A stretch of DNA of 64,000 bases. It comes from an uncultured Chloroflexia bacterium (GTDB lineage: Bacteria > Chloroflexota > Anaerolineae > Anaerolineales > Villigracilaceae). Positions 27,547 through 38,684 of this stretch are shown here, piece after piece. Location: positions 195,514-259,513 of the forward strand of contig CAVUIO010000012.1 of NCBI GenBank assembly GCA_963741635.1, in the 5' to 3' direction. Numbering within the stretch: the stretch's first letter is position 1; each line of letters begins with the position of its first letter. Made by a program: the position numbers and the translations under genes. The notes under the pieces are model-generated. The model had not been told where the DNA came from and did no database searches. It was given only the letters and a program-made list of their open reading frames with translations.

Positions 27547-27874
27547 TTAATGAGGTAATCCGCCTGCCAGCGGACCCATGACCTTCTCCTGGAGTTCACG
27601 CGATTTATCCAGCGCCAGGTTGACTGCGGTCAGGATCATATCCTGGAGCATTTCGGCATCCACATCTTTAACAGAGCTGGGTCGATCTCCACCGAGTGAC
27701 ATTTCTGGTCGCCGGTCATGGCGACTTTGACGCTCCCCCGCCTGCAGTTGCGGTGACGGTCTCCTGGGCAAGTTTTTCCTGAGCTTCCGCCATCTGCTGC
27801 TGCAGGCGTTGAAGCTGCTGCATCATTCCGGATTGCCCCCCGCCTCCCGCAGGACGATTGAAACCTTTTGCCAT
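27547..27874 (-). CDS. ybaB: Nucleoid-associated protein YbaB/EbfC, two frameshifts
   Basis: Three frames are used. The first reads MAKGFNRPAGGGGQSGMMQQLQRLQQQMAEAQEKLAQETVTATAGGG, the second SVKVAMTGDQKCHSVEIDPALL, and the third DVDAEMLQDMILTAVNLALDKSRELQEKVMGPLAGGLP. Confidence 0.85.
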
Positions 27875-27876
27875 AA

Positions 27877-29509
27877 TTACTCCTGGATATCCACGATCTC
27901 GCCGCCCTTTTTCAGGGCCGCGGCTACCATCCCATCTGCTTTGACATCCGCCGGGGGTGGTTGTTTCGCATTTGAGACGACACAACGTAACGGTAAATTT
28001 CACGCCTGCAACATCCGCAATCGCCTTGCGGGTAATATCCATTTGTTCCGGTGATATCCATTTTCGACCGGACCAGTCATTGGCAAAACCGATCAAGAGC
28101 ACACCGTCTTTGATTTCCAGCGGTGGGACGAATTGAGAAGTGCCACCAGGGACGGGCTCTGGGAGTTCAATGATCGCTCTGATTTGTTTCCAGGATTTCA
28201 TTGATCTGATGCAAAAGCGGCAGATGATTTCGACGGGCGGGGTTCCCGCTGTACCGGTTACTTCAATCTCTTCTTTGCCCGAGAGCTTCCCTTCAGGCTT
28301 TTCGCTTTTCTGATTCTGCTCATTCGTGGCTGTACGGTCAGGGGGAGCTGCCTGGTATAAACCTTTGTGAATTCTGTTTCGACTGGTGGTTGTACTGCCG
28401 GGCTTGGATCTCAGGCAGTTTGCCCTTTGCAGGTAAGTCCATCACTTCTGCCAGTGCGAGCTCCAGGGGCAGGGATGGCTGCCAGCCGCCGCGCAGGTCC
28501 ACCGCTGCATTGTTAAAGGCCTTGATCATCTGTAGAACATCCGCATGAGAAAGGTCCGCAGCTTGTTTTTCAGCCTGGATGCGCGTATCGGCTGCCAGGT
28601 CCACCTGTGTTGTGTTTCCCATTTGGATAAGCAGCAGCGCCCGCAGGTAGTCCACCACCTGGCGCGCCAGCAGGCGCGGGTCGGTGCCAGCATCCAGAGC
28701 GGCATGTATCGAATTCATACCGCACTCAGGATTATGGTCAAGAACTGCCTGAACCAAGTCGATGACTGTTTGGCTGGTGGCGGTGCCCAGGACGATCTGG
28801 GTCAATCCAAGCGTGATTTCCTGCCCGGTGGAAGCCATCTGGTCCAGTAAGGAAATGGCATCCCGCATTCCTCCGGAAGATTGGCGGGCGATAAGGGTCA
28901 GTGCTTCTGGTTCGGCAGTGAGTTTTTCATTGGTGGCAATATTCTGCAACTGCCCGACAATATCGTCCATTGGAAGTCGCCTGAAACTCATAACGCTGGC
29001 AGCGGGAGAGGACCGTCGCTGGGATCTTGTGCATCTCGGTGGTTGCCAGGATGAAGATTGCATGTGCCGGTGGTTCTTCGAGCGTTTTCAAGCAGCGCGT
29101 TGAAAGCTGCCGTTGAGAGCATGTGGACTTCATCGATAATATAAACTTTATAACGTGCCTTCGTTGGGGAAAAGTTGATTTTATCGCGCAGGTCGCGCAC
29201 ATCTTCAACGGATGTATTGGAGGCCGCATCGATCTCGATGAGGTCAAGGAAGCGATTTTCGTTGACTGCCACGCAGTGGGCGCATTTGTTGCAGGGACGG
29301 GCTGCCGGATCTTCGTTCAGGCAGTTTACAGCTTTTGCCAATAGCCGGGCTGCGGTGGTCTTTCCTGTACCGCGCGGCCCCGCGAACAGATATGCATGCA
29401 CAACCCGGTTGCCAGTGACCGCATTTCGCAGGGTCTGGACGACATGCTGTTGCCCGACGATTTCATCCCATTTCTGGGGACGCCATTTATTATAGAGAGC
29501 CTGGGTCAT
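27877..29509 (-). CDS. dnaX: DNA polymerase III subunit gamma/tau, four or more frameshifts
   Basis: The N-terminus [53 protein letters not shown] is followed by [35 protein letters not shown] in another frame, then ORF 28338-29063, and a C-terminal segment ending [13 protein letters not shown]. Frame changes lie near 29085, 28985, 28200-28340 and 27985. Confidence 0.92.
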
Positions 29510-29531
29510 AAGCCAATTCCATCATATTACG

Positions 29532-29992
29532 TCAAGGTATTCGATAAAAAGCACGCGCAATGTTTTGCGTGTCGTACAGGGCAACCAGTTCTCCGGATTT
29601 CCATACCGGGGCGGTGAGCCCCCAAAACAAATCAGCTGCTGTGTTCGTTCCGGGTCCCGAATGGACTTGCACCATACCCCCTGGATAGAGAGTTATCTCT
29701 GGAAAGGTATATGTGCTTCCCTGCCCATCTTTAAGTGTCCATCCGGTCAGGATGAGGGCATCGCTTCCATTATTCTGGAGGATGACGGTTTCCGAAGCCA
29801 GTGCTCCCGGCCCCTCCGACACTGACGATGTCCGCATTTACGCTGCCGGAAGGGAGGGTGGGGATCGTCTCGCTGTGTGCTGCAATCATTTGCATGAATT
29901 GCACGATCGTAAAAGAACAGCACTGTCCCTGATACCAGGACCGAAACCAGGACATTCAGAAGGAGGTAGAGGACCATGCGACTGCGGGACAT
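29532..29992 (-). CDS. Membrane-anchored lamin-tail-domain (LTD) protein, two frameshifts
   Basis: The N-terminal TM segment is MSRSRMVLYLLLNVLVSVLVSGTVLFF. The C-terminal region reads ETVILQNNGSDALILTGWTLKDGQGSTYTFPEITLYPGGMVQVHSGPG, an LTD-like pattern. Confidence 0.55.
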
Positions 29993-30037
29993 CGTATGCG
30001 TATGATAGCACAAAAATGCTGTCCCCCGGCAATTTAA

Positions 30038-30943
30038 TTACCGTACCAGCATCGCCACCCAGTCTCCCATTTGATGTGTTTCAACCAGTTTTAATCCATG
30101 TGCTTCAGCTGACGCTATTACACCTGCTGCCTGATCGACCATAATACCCGAAAGGATAAGTGCACCTCGGGGAGTAAGAAGCTTCCCAAGACCCATATCA
30201 AATAACCGGATGATGATCGGGGCAAGGATGTTCGCCATTACCAGCGGGGCATTCCGGATTTGGTATTTGCCGGATAAAACCTCGGTCACAGATCCTTTAC
30301 CTGTTTCAAACCGGCCCGCCGAGATGCCATTGGCGTCGGCATTTTCGCGGCTGGCTTTTACCGATGCTTCATCAATATCCACTCCCAGGGCAAATCCTGT
30401 TCCCAACTTCAATGCCGCGATCGATAATATTCCCGATCCACAGCCAATGTCTATTACCTGGCTGCCCTCATGTATATTCGTCTCCAACAATTCCAGGCAC
30501 AATTGGGTGGTGGGATGTGTTCCCGTTCCAAATGCCATCCCCGGGTCTATTTTTATCGGAATACGGTTTGCATCCGGTGACTCCATCCACGCAGGCACGA
30601 TGATGAGTCGATTGCCAACTGGGATTGGTCTGTAATGGACCTTCCAGGCTTCCATCCAATTCTCATCCTGGATTGTGGTAAATATCGGTTTCGGTAATGG
30701 TTGGATCATCCCCAGGTAATAAAGCGCTTCTTCCAGCTTCTGACGGGTTTTTTCGAGCTTGTCATCTGCAACAAGGTAAGCGCGCACCGTGACCGGTCCT
30801 TCTGGTGTACCCTCGTCTTCATCATTGAGGAAATCCACCGCCTGCTCGGTGGTAACGCCATTTGGTGCAAAACGAGCCAATACATCCGCTACGGCCTCAG
30901 CCAATTCTCCATTCACTGTCAATGAAACTTCAAGCCAGTTCAT
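30038..30943 (-). CDS. prmA: Ribosomal protein L11 methyltransferase
   Basis: The product reads MNWLEVSLTVNGELAEAVADVL... and carries the SAM motif VIDIGCGSGILSIAA. The ORF is intact. Confidence 0.92.
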   Translation of the reverse strand: MNWLEVSLTVNGELAEAVADVLARFAPNGVTTEQAVDFLNDEDEGTPEGPVTVRAYLVADDKLEKTRQKLEEALYYLGMIQPLPKPIFTTIQDENWMEAWKVHYRPIPVGNRLIIVPAWMESPDANRIPIKIDPGMAFGTGTHPTTQLCLELLETNIHEGSQVIDIGCGSGILSIAALKLGTGFALGVDIDEASVKASRENADANGISAGRFETGKGSVTEVLSGKYQIRNAPLVMANILAPIIIRLFDMGLGKLLTPRGALILSGIMVDQAAGVIASAEAHGLKLVETHQMGDWVAMLVR

Positions 30944-31431
30944 ATGGCTTCCCTTTTCTCGGAATTCAAAATGATCAAACACTTTTCGATGGTTGCTTGC
31001 TGATCCTTAAAAAAATCAGGAAGGGTATTGATTTCAAAATAACGAATGCTGGAGACTTCATCATTAGGAATGAAGCTGCCCTCGATACAGGCGCAAAGAT
31101 AGGTCAAGGTTATATGGTGAATCTCGCTGGAATTCTCAACCAGTAGGAGGCGGGCATTTTTAACCTTCAAGCCGGTCTCCTCCAGGATTTCCCGTTTGAC
31201 TCCATCCACCGGGTCCTCGCCAAATTTAAGGTCGCCGCCCGGAAGTCCCCAGGGATGCAGACGGCGGTAAGTATGTTCGCATAATAAGAGTTGCCCCATT
31301 TCATTAATAATCATTGCCCCAACCGCCACCTGGTAACGGGGACGGATGATGGCTGCCGCAATACCCTGCAACCAGAATGGAAGTATTCGCCAGATTTTTA
31401 ATAGAAATCTTTTCAAGGGCATTTTAGCCAA
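30940..31431 (-). CDS. NUDIX hydrolase
   Basis: The Nudix box is GLPGGDLKFGEDPVDGVKREILEETGL. The ORF is intact at 163 aa, and its stop overlaps the prmA start. Confidence 0.8.
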   Translation of the reverse strand: MAKMPLKRFLLKIWRILPFWLQGIAAAIIRPRYQVAVGAMIINEMGQLLLCEHTYRRLHPWGLPGGDLKFGEDPVDGVKREILEETGLKVKNARLLLVENSSEIHHITLTYLCACIEGSFIPNDEVSSIRYFEINTLPDFFKDQQATIEKCLIILNSEKREAI

Positions 31432-31518
31432 GTCATAATAAAAAACTAATACAACTTTTCAAGGCAGGCACCGACCTCATGTGAGGCGGGATTCAAACCG
31501 TTACCTTAATATCGCTTG

Positions 31519-32631
31519 TTATCCCCCCAGTGCGTCATTCAACCAATCCAGGAACCCTTTTTCCTTCGGTTTGACCGCAGTGCCGAGGGTGGCAGCCAGT
31601 TTCTCGAAAAGTTCACGCTGTTCTTTTGTCAGCTTGGTCGGCATATCCACATTGATGACCACCATCTCGTCGCCTCGACCACTTTTCCGCAAATGAGGTA
31701 CGCCGCGCGCCTTGAGGGTGAAAACCTTGCCGGGTTGAGTTCCGGCAGGAATTTTGAGTTTTGCATTGCCATCCACGGTGGGTACTTCTACTTCCGCACC
31801 GAGCACTGCTTGTGCGACATTTATGTCCAGGTTAAGCAGGATATCGTTTTCACGTCGTTTAAAGAATTTGTGAGGCTTAACAGCCAGCAGCAGGTACAGG
31901 CTCCCCTGCGGACCTCCCAGCGTCCCCGGTTCACCCTCGCCCGCCAGGCGGATCTGAGTACCATTATCCACTCCCGCCGGAACCTGCACTGTCTTTTTGA
32001 TCGTTTTACGTTCCTGTCCTGAACCGCGGCATGTATGGCACGGGGTGGATATCACTTCTCCCCTTCCGCCGCAGGTGGGGCATGGACCGGATTGCATCAT
32101 CGAGCCAAAAATGGTTTGACGTACCTGGCGCACTTCACCGCGCCCGCCGCATGTGCCGCAGCGCTGGGGACTTGTCCCCGGTTCAGCCCCCGAGCCCCGG
32201 CAGGTCCCGCAGACTTCATTGCGAGTCACTTCAATGGTCTTCTCTGCCCCAAAGACCGCTTCTTCGAAGCTAAGGTCGAGACGAACCTGGAGATCACGAC
32301 CGCGCCGCGGACGGCGTGAGTGACCTCCACCACCCATATTTATGCCGAAGAACTGCTCGAAGATATCCGAGAAGTCCATCGTGGCGTAATCCGGCATTCC
32401 GCCCATTTCTCCCAACCCGGCCCGCCCATACTGGTCATAGCGGGCGCGCTTTTGCGGGTCAGACAACACGCCGTAGGCTTCGTTAATTTCCTTGAATTTT
32501 TCCTCGGCATCCGGTTCCTTGCTCACGTCAGGATGGTACTGGCGTGCCAGTTTCCGGAATGCAGCCTTGATATCATCTGTGGAAGCGTCCCTCGGAATTC
32601 CGAGGACTTCGTAATAATCGCGATTGCTCAT
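31519..32631 (-). CDS. dnaJ: Molecular chaperone DnaJ
   Basis: The J-domain carries HPD (YHPDVSKEP). There are four CxxCxGxG repeats ([32 protein letters not shown]). The ORF is intact at 370 aa. Confidence 0.96.
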   Translation of the reverse strand: MSNRDYYEVLGIPRDASTDDIKAAFRKLARQYHPDVSKEPDAEEKFKEINEAYGVLSDPQKRARYDQYGRAGLGEMGGMPDYATMDFSDIFEQFFGINMGGGGHSRRPRRGRDLQVRLDLSFEEAVFGAEKTIEVTRNEVCGTCRGSGAEPGTSPQRCGTCGGRGEVRQVRQTIFGSMMQSGPCPTCGGRGEVISTPCHTCRGSGQERKTIKKTVQVPAGVDNGTQIRLAGEGEPGTLGGPQGSLYLLLAVKPHKFFKRRENDILLNLDINVAQAVLGAEVEVPTVDGNAKLKIPAGTQPGKVFTLKARGVPHLRKSGRGDEMVVINVDMPTKLTKEQRELFEKLAATLGTAVKPKEKGFLDWLNDALGG

Positions 32632-32679
32632 AGGTCAACAGGAATAAGATCGGGAAGCAGGTGTGCGGTCCACGATACC

Positions 32680-34560
32680 CTATTCACTTCCTTTTTCTTC
32701 GCTATTAGTTGTGGTCTCACCCTCAGGTTCTTTTGGGCCTGCTTCGGGTTGACCCGGTGTCTGCTGGTAAGCTGCCGTTCCGACTTTCTGGACCACCTGG
32801 CTGAGAGCATCCACCGCCTTGCGAATCGCAGGCTCATCCTCGCCCTCTTTTACCCTTCTGACCTCATCCACCGCTGCCTGGACTTCGGTCTTGACTTCTG
32901 CAGGTACCTTTTCACCCAGTTCATTCAACACTTTTTCTGCGCCGTAAATGGAATTGTCTGCGGTATTGCGGGCTTCGATTAAATCTCGAAGGTGTTTGTC
33001 TTCAGCAGCATGTGTCTCCGCTTCCTTGCGCATACGCTCCACTTCATCTTTAGCCAAACCGGATGAGGCCGTGATGGTGATATGCTGGCTGCGACCGCTG
33101 GCTTTGTCCTGGGCGGTGACCTTGAGGATGCCGTTGACATCGATGTCGAAAGTCACTTCGATCTGGGGGACGCCGCGTGGAGCCGGTGGGATGCCATCCA
33201 GGATGAACTTGCCAAGCGACTTGTTGTCGAGGGCCATGGGTCGTTCCCCCTGCAATATGTGGATTTCAACCTGGGTCTGGCTGTCACTGGCAGTCGAAAA
33301 AACCTGGCTCTTGCGGGTCGGGATGGTGGTGTTTCGTTCGATCTGCGGAGTAGCCACTCCGCCCAGGGTTTCTATGGAAAGGGATAATGGCGTTACATCG
33401 AGCAGGAGAATATCTTTTACTTCCCCGCCCAGTACGCCTGCCTGGATTGCCGCACCTACTGCCACCACCTCATCCGGGTTGACTCCCTTATGAGGTTCCT
33501 TGCCGAAATATTTCCTGACAGCTTCCTGCACCGCTGGCATCCTTGTCATGCCGCCGACCATAACGACCTCATTGATATCAGAGGTTGATAGTCCCGCATC
33601 AGCCAGCGCCTGCTTGAGGGGTGTTAGTGTGCCTTCCACCAGGTCGCTTGTAAGTTGTTCCAGCCTGGCACGCGTCATCGTCATCACCAGGTGCTTTGGG
33701 CCAGATGCATCCGCGGTGAGATATGGCAGGTTCACTTCTGTTTGCATCATCGTCGAGAGTTCGATCTTTGCCTTTTCAGCAGCTTCCCGCAGTCGTTGCA
33801 GGCTCTGCCGATCCTGGCGCAGGTCGATCCCATTTGTTTTCTGGAATTCCTGGACGAAATAGTCAATGATGCGCTGGTCAAAATCGTCTCCCCCCAAGAA
33901 AGTATTACCGTTGGTGGATCGAACCTGGAAAACTCCCTCACCCACATCCAGGATGGATATATCGAATGTTCCGCCACCCAGGTCATAGACTGCAATGATT
34001 TCATTTGCTTTTTTATCCAGGCCATAAGCCAGCGAAGAGGCGGTCGGTTCGTTGATAATGCGCAATACATCCAGTCCGGCAATCTTCCCTGCATCTTTTG
34101 TCGCGTTGCGTTGGGCATCATTAAAATACGCCGGGACGGTGATCACCGCCTGGGTTACAGGTTCTCCGAGGTAGGCCTCGGCATCGCGTTTGATTTTTGC
34201 CAGGATCATGGCAGAAATTTCCGGCGGGGAATATTCCTTGTCGTCCATTTTGACGCGTACATCACCATTGTCGGCAGGTAGCGCTGTATATGGGACGCGC
34301 GGCAGAGTCCGCTGAACCTCGGGGTCTTCGTATTTACGGCCCATGAATCTCTTGATGGAAAAGATGGTGTTTTGTGAATTGACGATGGCCTGGTTGCGCG
34401 CCACCCGTCCCACCAGCCTTTCGTGGTTTTTGTTGATCGCCACCACCGAAGGGACCAGGCGCTCCCCTTCCGCAGACGATATTACAACCGGTTCCGCGCC
34501 CATCATCACCGCTCCAACAGAGTTCGTTGTTCCCAGGTCTATTCCGATTATTTTCGACAT
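32680..34560 (-). CDS. dnaK: Molecular chaperone DnaK (Hsp70), operon copy
   Basis: An intact 626-aa ORF with [18 protein letters not shown] and [10 protein letters not shown]-like signatures. Confidence 0.97.
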   Translation of the reverse strand: MSKIIGIDLGTTNSVGAVMMGAEPVVISSAEGERLVPSVVAINKNHERLVGRVARNQAIVNSQNTIFSIKRFMGRKYEDPEVQRTLPRVPYTALPADNGDVRVKMDDKEYSPPEISAMILAKIKRDAEAYLGEPVTQAVITVPAYFNDAQRNATKDAGKIAGLDVLRIINEPTASSLAYGLDKKANEIIAVYDLGGGTFDISILDVGEGVFQVRSTNGNTFLGGDDFDQRIIDYFVQEFQKTNGIDLRQDRQSLQRLREAAEKAKIELSTMMQTEVNLPYLTADASGPKHLVMTMTRARLEQLTSDLVEGTLTPLKQALADAGLSTSDINEVVMVGGMTRMPAVQEAVRKYFGKEPHKGVNPDEVVAVGAAIQAGVLGGEVKDILLLDVTPLSLSIETLGGVATPQIERNTTIPTRKSQVFSTASDSQTQVEIHILQGERPMALDNKSLGKFILDGIPPAPRGVPQIEVTFDIDVNGILKVTAQDKASGRSQHITITASSGLAKDEVERMRKEAETHAAEDKHLRDLIEARNTADNSIYGAEKVLNELGEKVPAEVKTEVQAAVDEVRRVKEGEDEPAIRKAVDALSQVVQKVGTAAYQQTPGQPEAGPKEPEGETTTNSEEKGSE

Positions 34561-34638
34561 GATGATTTCTCCAAATAAATTCTCGTCTCGCCTTGGTCCA
34601 GTATCTCCATCCCATCAGGGAAATTAAGTCTCGAAATA

Positions 34639-35265
34639 TTATTCCGCCACTCTCACCTGGGCAGGGCGAATGACCCGGTCGCCAAGTGTGTATCCGTTCT
34701 GGACAACCGCAATCACCTGGCCGCTTTCAAAACCGTCGCAGGATTCCTGAAGGATGGCCTCGTGAAAATTCGGGTCGAACATTTGCCCTTCGGCTTCAAT
34801 GCGCTTCAAACCTTCGGCCTCCAGGATGGATTTCAATTTGCGGTAAATTAACTCGATGCCGTCCACCCAGGCCAGGTCGGCCGGGCGTGTCGATAGTGCT
34901 CGCTCCAGGTCATCCAGGATAGGTAAATATCGTTTAATAACACTGCCAATCGCGTTCTGGTAGGTTTCACTCTTCTCAGCTTCCACCCGCCTTTTATAAT
35001 TCTGGAAGTCCGCCACTGAACGCTGCCAGCCGTCTTTATATTCGGCAGCCTGGGATTGTACTTCCAGAAGTCGTTTTTCAAGGTCTTCGATAACGGCGGA
35101 AAGTTCTGCTGATTTTTTGGCCTCTAGATTGATATCCGGTGCGGTGATGGGTCCCTGCGTTTTCATTCCATCGGATTCGGACGTCGATTCGGGTTTTGCA
35201 GGCTCTTGCGGATTCTTCGCCTCGTTTTCAGTCTGGCGGAACTTTTCCTTCTTACTCATTCTCAT
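34639..35265 (-). CDS. grpE: Nucleotide exchange factor GrpE
   Basis: The GrpE C-terminal pattern is FDPNFHEAI...GYTLGDRVIRPAQVRV. The start is uncertain (35265 or 35259) and overlaps the hrcA 3-prime end. Confidence 0.92.
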   Translation of the reverse strand: MRMSKKEKFRQTENEAKNPQEPAKPESTSESDGMKTQGPITAPDINLEAKKSAELSAVIEDLEKRLLEVQSQAAEYKDGWQRSVADFQNYKRRVEAEKSETYQNAIGSVIKRYLPILDDLERALSTRPADLAWVDGIELIYRKLKSILEAEGLKRIEAEGQMFDPNFHEAILQESCDGFESGQVIAVVQNGYTLGDRVIRPAQVRVAE

Positions 35266-36298
35266 CTCCTGCCATTGTTTCAGATACAAGATCGCTTAAC
35301 AGATCAGCCATATAGCGCACGGTTGGGATCGTGCGGGCATATGGCATTCGCATTGGTCCAAAGACCCCCAACGTCCCGGTGATAAGCCCTGGGATACCAT
35401 AGCGGGCCAGCACCACCGAGCATTGTTTTAATTCTTCCCATTTACCCTCTCCACCGATCAACACTTGCACCCCACCCACCGTGGCATTGTTGGTCGTCCG
35501 TGCCAGTAGATCCTGCAGCAGTGAACGTTCTTCGAACAGGTGCACAGCCCTGCGAGCATCTCCCGATTCAAGAAATTCTGGCTCTGAAAGAACGTTGGTT
35601 AATCCATCCAGATAGATCTCGCCCGAAACGCGCTGTTCGCCGCGATTCATATCCTGGAGTACAAGGGTCAGAATATCTTTTTCCAGAGAATCTGCCCGGG
35701 GTGGAAATGCAGCGATTTCTTCGGTGGTTTTACCCAGGCAGACTAAGTTGAGCCGGTCGGCGGCTGCTGATAAACGTTCCTGGACCACTGGTTCCGCCAG
35801 GGTAAGTATTTGCTGGCTGACTTCCCCGCCCGTCATAACCAGGACCATCAATACTTGTCTCCCCTGGGTCGAGATAAGCTCCACGTGTTTGTAACGCGAA
35901 CGTTCTGAGTGCGGAGCAGTCACTATGGACGCTGCACGGGAATGTTGTGCCAGGATGGAAGCTGCCAGCGGCATCCATTGTTCCACGTCACGGCGCGCTT
36001 GAAAAAATTGGTGCGAAATGGTATCGCGGGCCGGTTCAGGCAGGTCGGATGGATAGACGATGTGGGTGACAAAATAGCGGTATCCTTCTTCAGTAGGCAC
36101 CCGTCCTGCGGATGTGTGTGGTTGCCGCAGGTATCCGTATTCAGTCAACGCTGCCATTTCATTGCGTACAGTTGCAGTGCTGAGTTCAAGCTTGTACCTT
36201 TCCACCAGGCGCGCAGAACCCACCGGTTGTGCAGTTTCAGTGTAATAACGCACAACCAGGGCAAGGATCAAGCGCTGGCGTTCGGTAAGCTCATTCAT
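35252..36298 (-). CDS. hrcA: Heat-inducible transcription repressor HrcA
   Basis: The product reads MNELTERQRLILALVVRYYTETAQPVGSARLVE.. and the ORF is intact at 348 aa. A perfect CIRCE operator lies directly upstream. Confidence 0.93.
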   Translation of the reverse strand: MNELTERQRLILALVVRYYTETAQPVGSARLVERYKLELSTATVRNEMAALTEYGYLRQPHTSAGRVPTEEGYRYFVTHIVYPSDLPEPARDTISHQFFQARRDVEQWMPLAASILAQHSRAASIVTAPHSERSRYKHVELISTQGRQVLMVLVMTGGEVSQQILTLAEPVVQERLSAAADRLNLVCLGKTTEEIAAFPPRADSLEKDILTLVLQDMNRGEQRVSGEIYLDGLTNVLSEPEFLESGDARRAVHLFEERSLLQDLLARTTNNATVGGVQVLIGGEGKWEELKQCSVVLARYGIPGLITGTLGVFGPMRMPYARTIPTVRYMADLLSDLVSETMAGDENE

Positions 36299-36326
36299 AT
36301 TACTTCGGATATCCTTATCCGTATTT

Positions 36327-36353
36327 TTAGCACTCTCAAGAAGAGAGTGCTAA
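36327..36353 (-). promoter_or_regulatory. CIRCE operator (HrcA binding site), perfect consensus
   Basis: TTAGCACTC-TCAAGAAGA-GAGTGCTAA, a 9-N9-9 inverted repeat, lies 29 nt upstream of the hrcA ATG. Confidence 0.92.
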
Positions 36354-36366
36354 TTACCTGTGAATA

Positions 36367-36396
36367 ATGATACCATGCCCATTCGATGGGCGTCAA
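36367..36396 (-). promoter_or_regulatory. Promoter of the hrcA-grpE-dnaK-dnaJ operon (TTGACG-18 nt-TATCAT)
   Basis: On the minus strand, TTGACG lies at 36396-36391 and TATCAT at 36372-36367. CIRCE begins 13 nt downstream of the -10 box. Confidence 0.55.
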
Positions 36397-36458
36397 TAAG
36401 AGAGGCGTTAGAATTTTGAAAAGTGCCTTCAGCTGACCTATTTCCCCTTTAGCTGTTG

Positions 36459-37116
36459 TTACCGCCAGAACTGGAACAGGCTCAACCCCTGCAATGCCAG
36501 TGATAGTGGGATCTGCATCTGGATTGAAATCCAGCCTACGACCTGCCAGAATAAATTGTTCACGAATGGCACATACCAAAGAGCCGCAAATACCACCAAC
36601 ATCAAAATGTTGCTGTACTGGTCGATGCCGAAATCGAACTTGCCGGCTGAGGAAAGGTGCCACTGCCCGGTAACCATCGAATGGCGGCAGCGGGATCAAA
36701 TTCAATACCAGGGCGGAGATTTGCATTAATGCCAGGAACGCCAGCCCTGGCCAGATTCCGTTGGAACTCACCGGCAGTATATTCAGGATAATCCCTAGAA
36801 TTACCGCCAATACCAGGTTGGCTGCCGGACCTGCCAGCGATACGGCAGCTTCCCAGCCTCTGCTGCGCAGCCTCCATGTTTCAATGTATACCGCTCCACC
36901 GGGCAGGCCGATCCCACCCAGCAACAAAAAGATCACAGGCAGGACGATGGAATACACAGGGTGGGTATATTTGAGTGGGTTGAAAGTCAGGTAACCTTTA
37001 TCCTTCACACTGGTATCCCCCCCATAATAAGCCACGATTGAATGGGAAAACTCATGCAGGCACAATGAAAAGATCCAGCCCACGATGACCACTATGAATG
37101 TAGTTGCCTTTTCCAT
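36459..37116 (-). CDS. Site-2 protease (peptidase M50) family membrane protein, one frameshift near 36640
   Basis: The HEFSH zinc motif sits in TM1 and LNLIPLPPFDGYR follows. The C-terminal hydrophobic part continues in ORF 36459-36677. Confidence 0.7.
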
Positions 37117-38097
37117 TAATTATCCTGATAGCCGTGCGGGTGGTTGCGGTGCCATTCCCAGGCACTCTCAATAATGTCGGTTAATTCCGGATGGCGAGGC
37201 GACCATCCCAGTTCCCGTCTGATCTTTTCGGATGAGGCTACCAGTCGGGGTGCGTCTCCTGGACGCCTGGCTGCCTCGACAACCGGGATGGGGTGACCCG
37301 TCACCCTGCGGGCAGTCTCGATCACTTCCCTGTTTGAGTACCCGGTCCCATTGCCCAGGTTGTAAACCAGGCGGTCGTGATCGTTTAGTGCCTCCAACGC
37401 CAGTAAGTGTGCAGAGACCAGGTCGGCAATATGGATGTAGTCGCGTATGCACGTCCCATCCGGGGTTGGATAATCCGTTCCATTGATGGTGGCGGCCTCC
37501 TGCTGGTCAAGAGCCACCATTAAACACGCGGGGATAAGATGAGACTCGGGTTGGTGCGCCTCACCTCTTCCCGTCACGGCACCGCAGGCATTGAAATAGC
37601 GCAGGGAGGCAAAATGCAGTCCCTTGATCTTGCGATACCATTCCAGCGCTTGCTCGACTGCAAGTTTGGTGAATCCGTAAGCGTTAGCCGGTTCCAGGTC
37701 AGATTCTTCAGTTAAAGGAAAATCATTGGAAGCATACACTGCTGCAGAAGATGAAAATACAAACCGGCTCACTCCGGCATCCACCGCCGCATCTATCAAT
37801 TGCAGGGAATTCGCCAGGTTGTTTTTGAAAAACTTTCCCGGATCTTTCATTGATTCGCCGGCTTCGATGAAACCCGCAAAGTGCATCACCGCATCGAATT
37901 TTGTCAGAAGATAGCGCCGTCGCAAGGGAAGCTGAGTTTCCCAGGTCACTCTTGAAGAAGTGGGCTCCCTTGGGGATGGCAGCCTGGTACCCGGTCACAA
38001 GTGAATCGTAGACGGTCACCGAATGCCCGGCATCCAGCAGTGCCTGCGCGGCTGTCGAGCCGATATATCCTGCCCCACCGGTCACAAATATATTCAT
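37116..38097 (-). CDS. galE: UDP-glucose 4-epimerase, one frameshift near 37920
   Basis: MNIFVTGGAGYIGS (Rossmann fold) lies in ORF 37723-38328. FDAVMHFAG..SSSAAVYA..YGFTK... and the rest lie in ORF 37116-37949. Confidence 0.9.
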
Positions 38098-38174
38098 GAT
38101 TTCTCCATTGCAAAAATTATATCTTACTCTCCTGCTTGACGGGCGCACCTGATACGCATTATACTCACGCGGTT

Positions 38175-38247
38175 CGGGGTGTAGCGCAGCTGGTAGCGCA
38201 CCGCGTTTGGGACGCGGGGGTCGGCGGTTCGAATCCGCCCACCCCGA
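38175..38247 (+). tRNA. tRNA-Pro (anticodon TGG)
   Basis: CGGGGTGTAGCGCAGCTGGTAGCGCACCGCGTTTGGGACGCGGGGGTCGGCGGTTCGAATCCGCCCACCCCGA forms a clean cloverleaf with anticodon loop UUUGGGA. Confidence 0.95.
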
Positions 38248-38250
38248 CTG

Positions 38251-38286
38251 ACCACCGAGACCGCCCTGGTACTCGGTGGTTTTTTT
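38251..38286 (+). terminator. Rho-independent terminator after tRNA-Pro
   Basis: ACCACCGAG-12 nt loop-CTCGGTGGT followed by T6. Confidence 0.75.
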
Positions 38287-38360
38287 ATGCGCAACCGGGA
38301 TGAACAAAAGCGTAATATGGATAACCATCCTATGCTACAATAGTATGGAGGAATTGAATT

Positions 38361-38660
38361 ATGACCAGCAGGAAAGTGGATGGGATCATCGAGGCTGTTC
38401 GCTATTCACCTGACGGGAAAATTGCTGTTGTTCGTGCATATGAACGTCACGGGGTTGTCTGGTCTGATCGCATATTACTGGGGCGGCAGGACCTTTCCGA
38501 ACGACTCAAAAAGGGTAAACGCTTTGTTATCGGAGAACGTAAAATTTATCTCGGCAGCATGTTTGAAACCGGTACGGATGTTCACCAGGAGCAGGATTTT
38601 ATTGTTACGAACGGGCTGGCAAACGCACGCGATCTTTTAAACGGAGTTCCGATTTTCTAG
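38361..38660 (+). CDS. Hypothetical protein (99 aa)
   Basis: An intact ORF preceded by a GGAGG SD. I cannot confidently assign a family. The IIEAVRYSPDGKIAVVRAY segment is vaguely DUF3892-like. Confidence 0.55.
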   Translation: MTSRKVDGIIEAVRYSPDGKIAVVRAYERHGVVWSDRILLGRQDLSERLKKGKRFVIGERKIYLGSMFETGTDVHQEQDFIVTNGLANARDLLNGVPIF

Positions 38661-38684
38661 CCGTTTTTCCTGGAAGGTTATCCC

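Noticed and set aside
27877-29509. Programmed -1 ribosomal frameshift in dnaX, as in the E. coli tau/gamma case
   Set aside because: There are four or more frame changes, not one. The junctions I inspected show single inserted bases (for example CTT-G-AAA), not an A AAA AAG slippery heptamer with a downstream stem-loop. The same kind of break occurs in about 25 unrelated genes.
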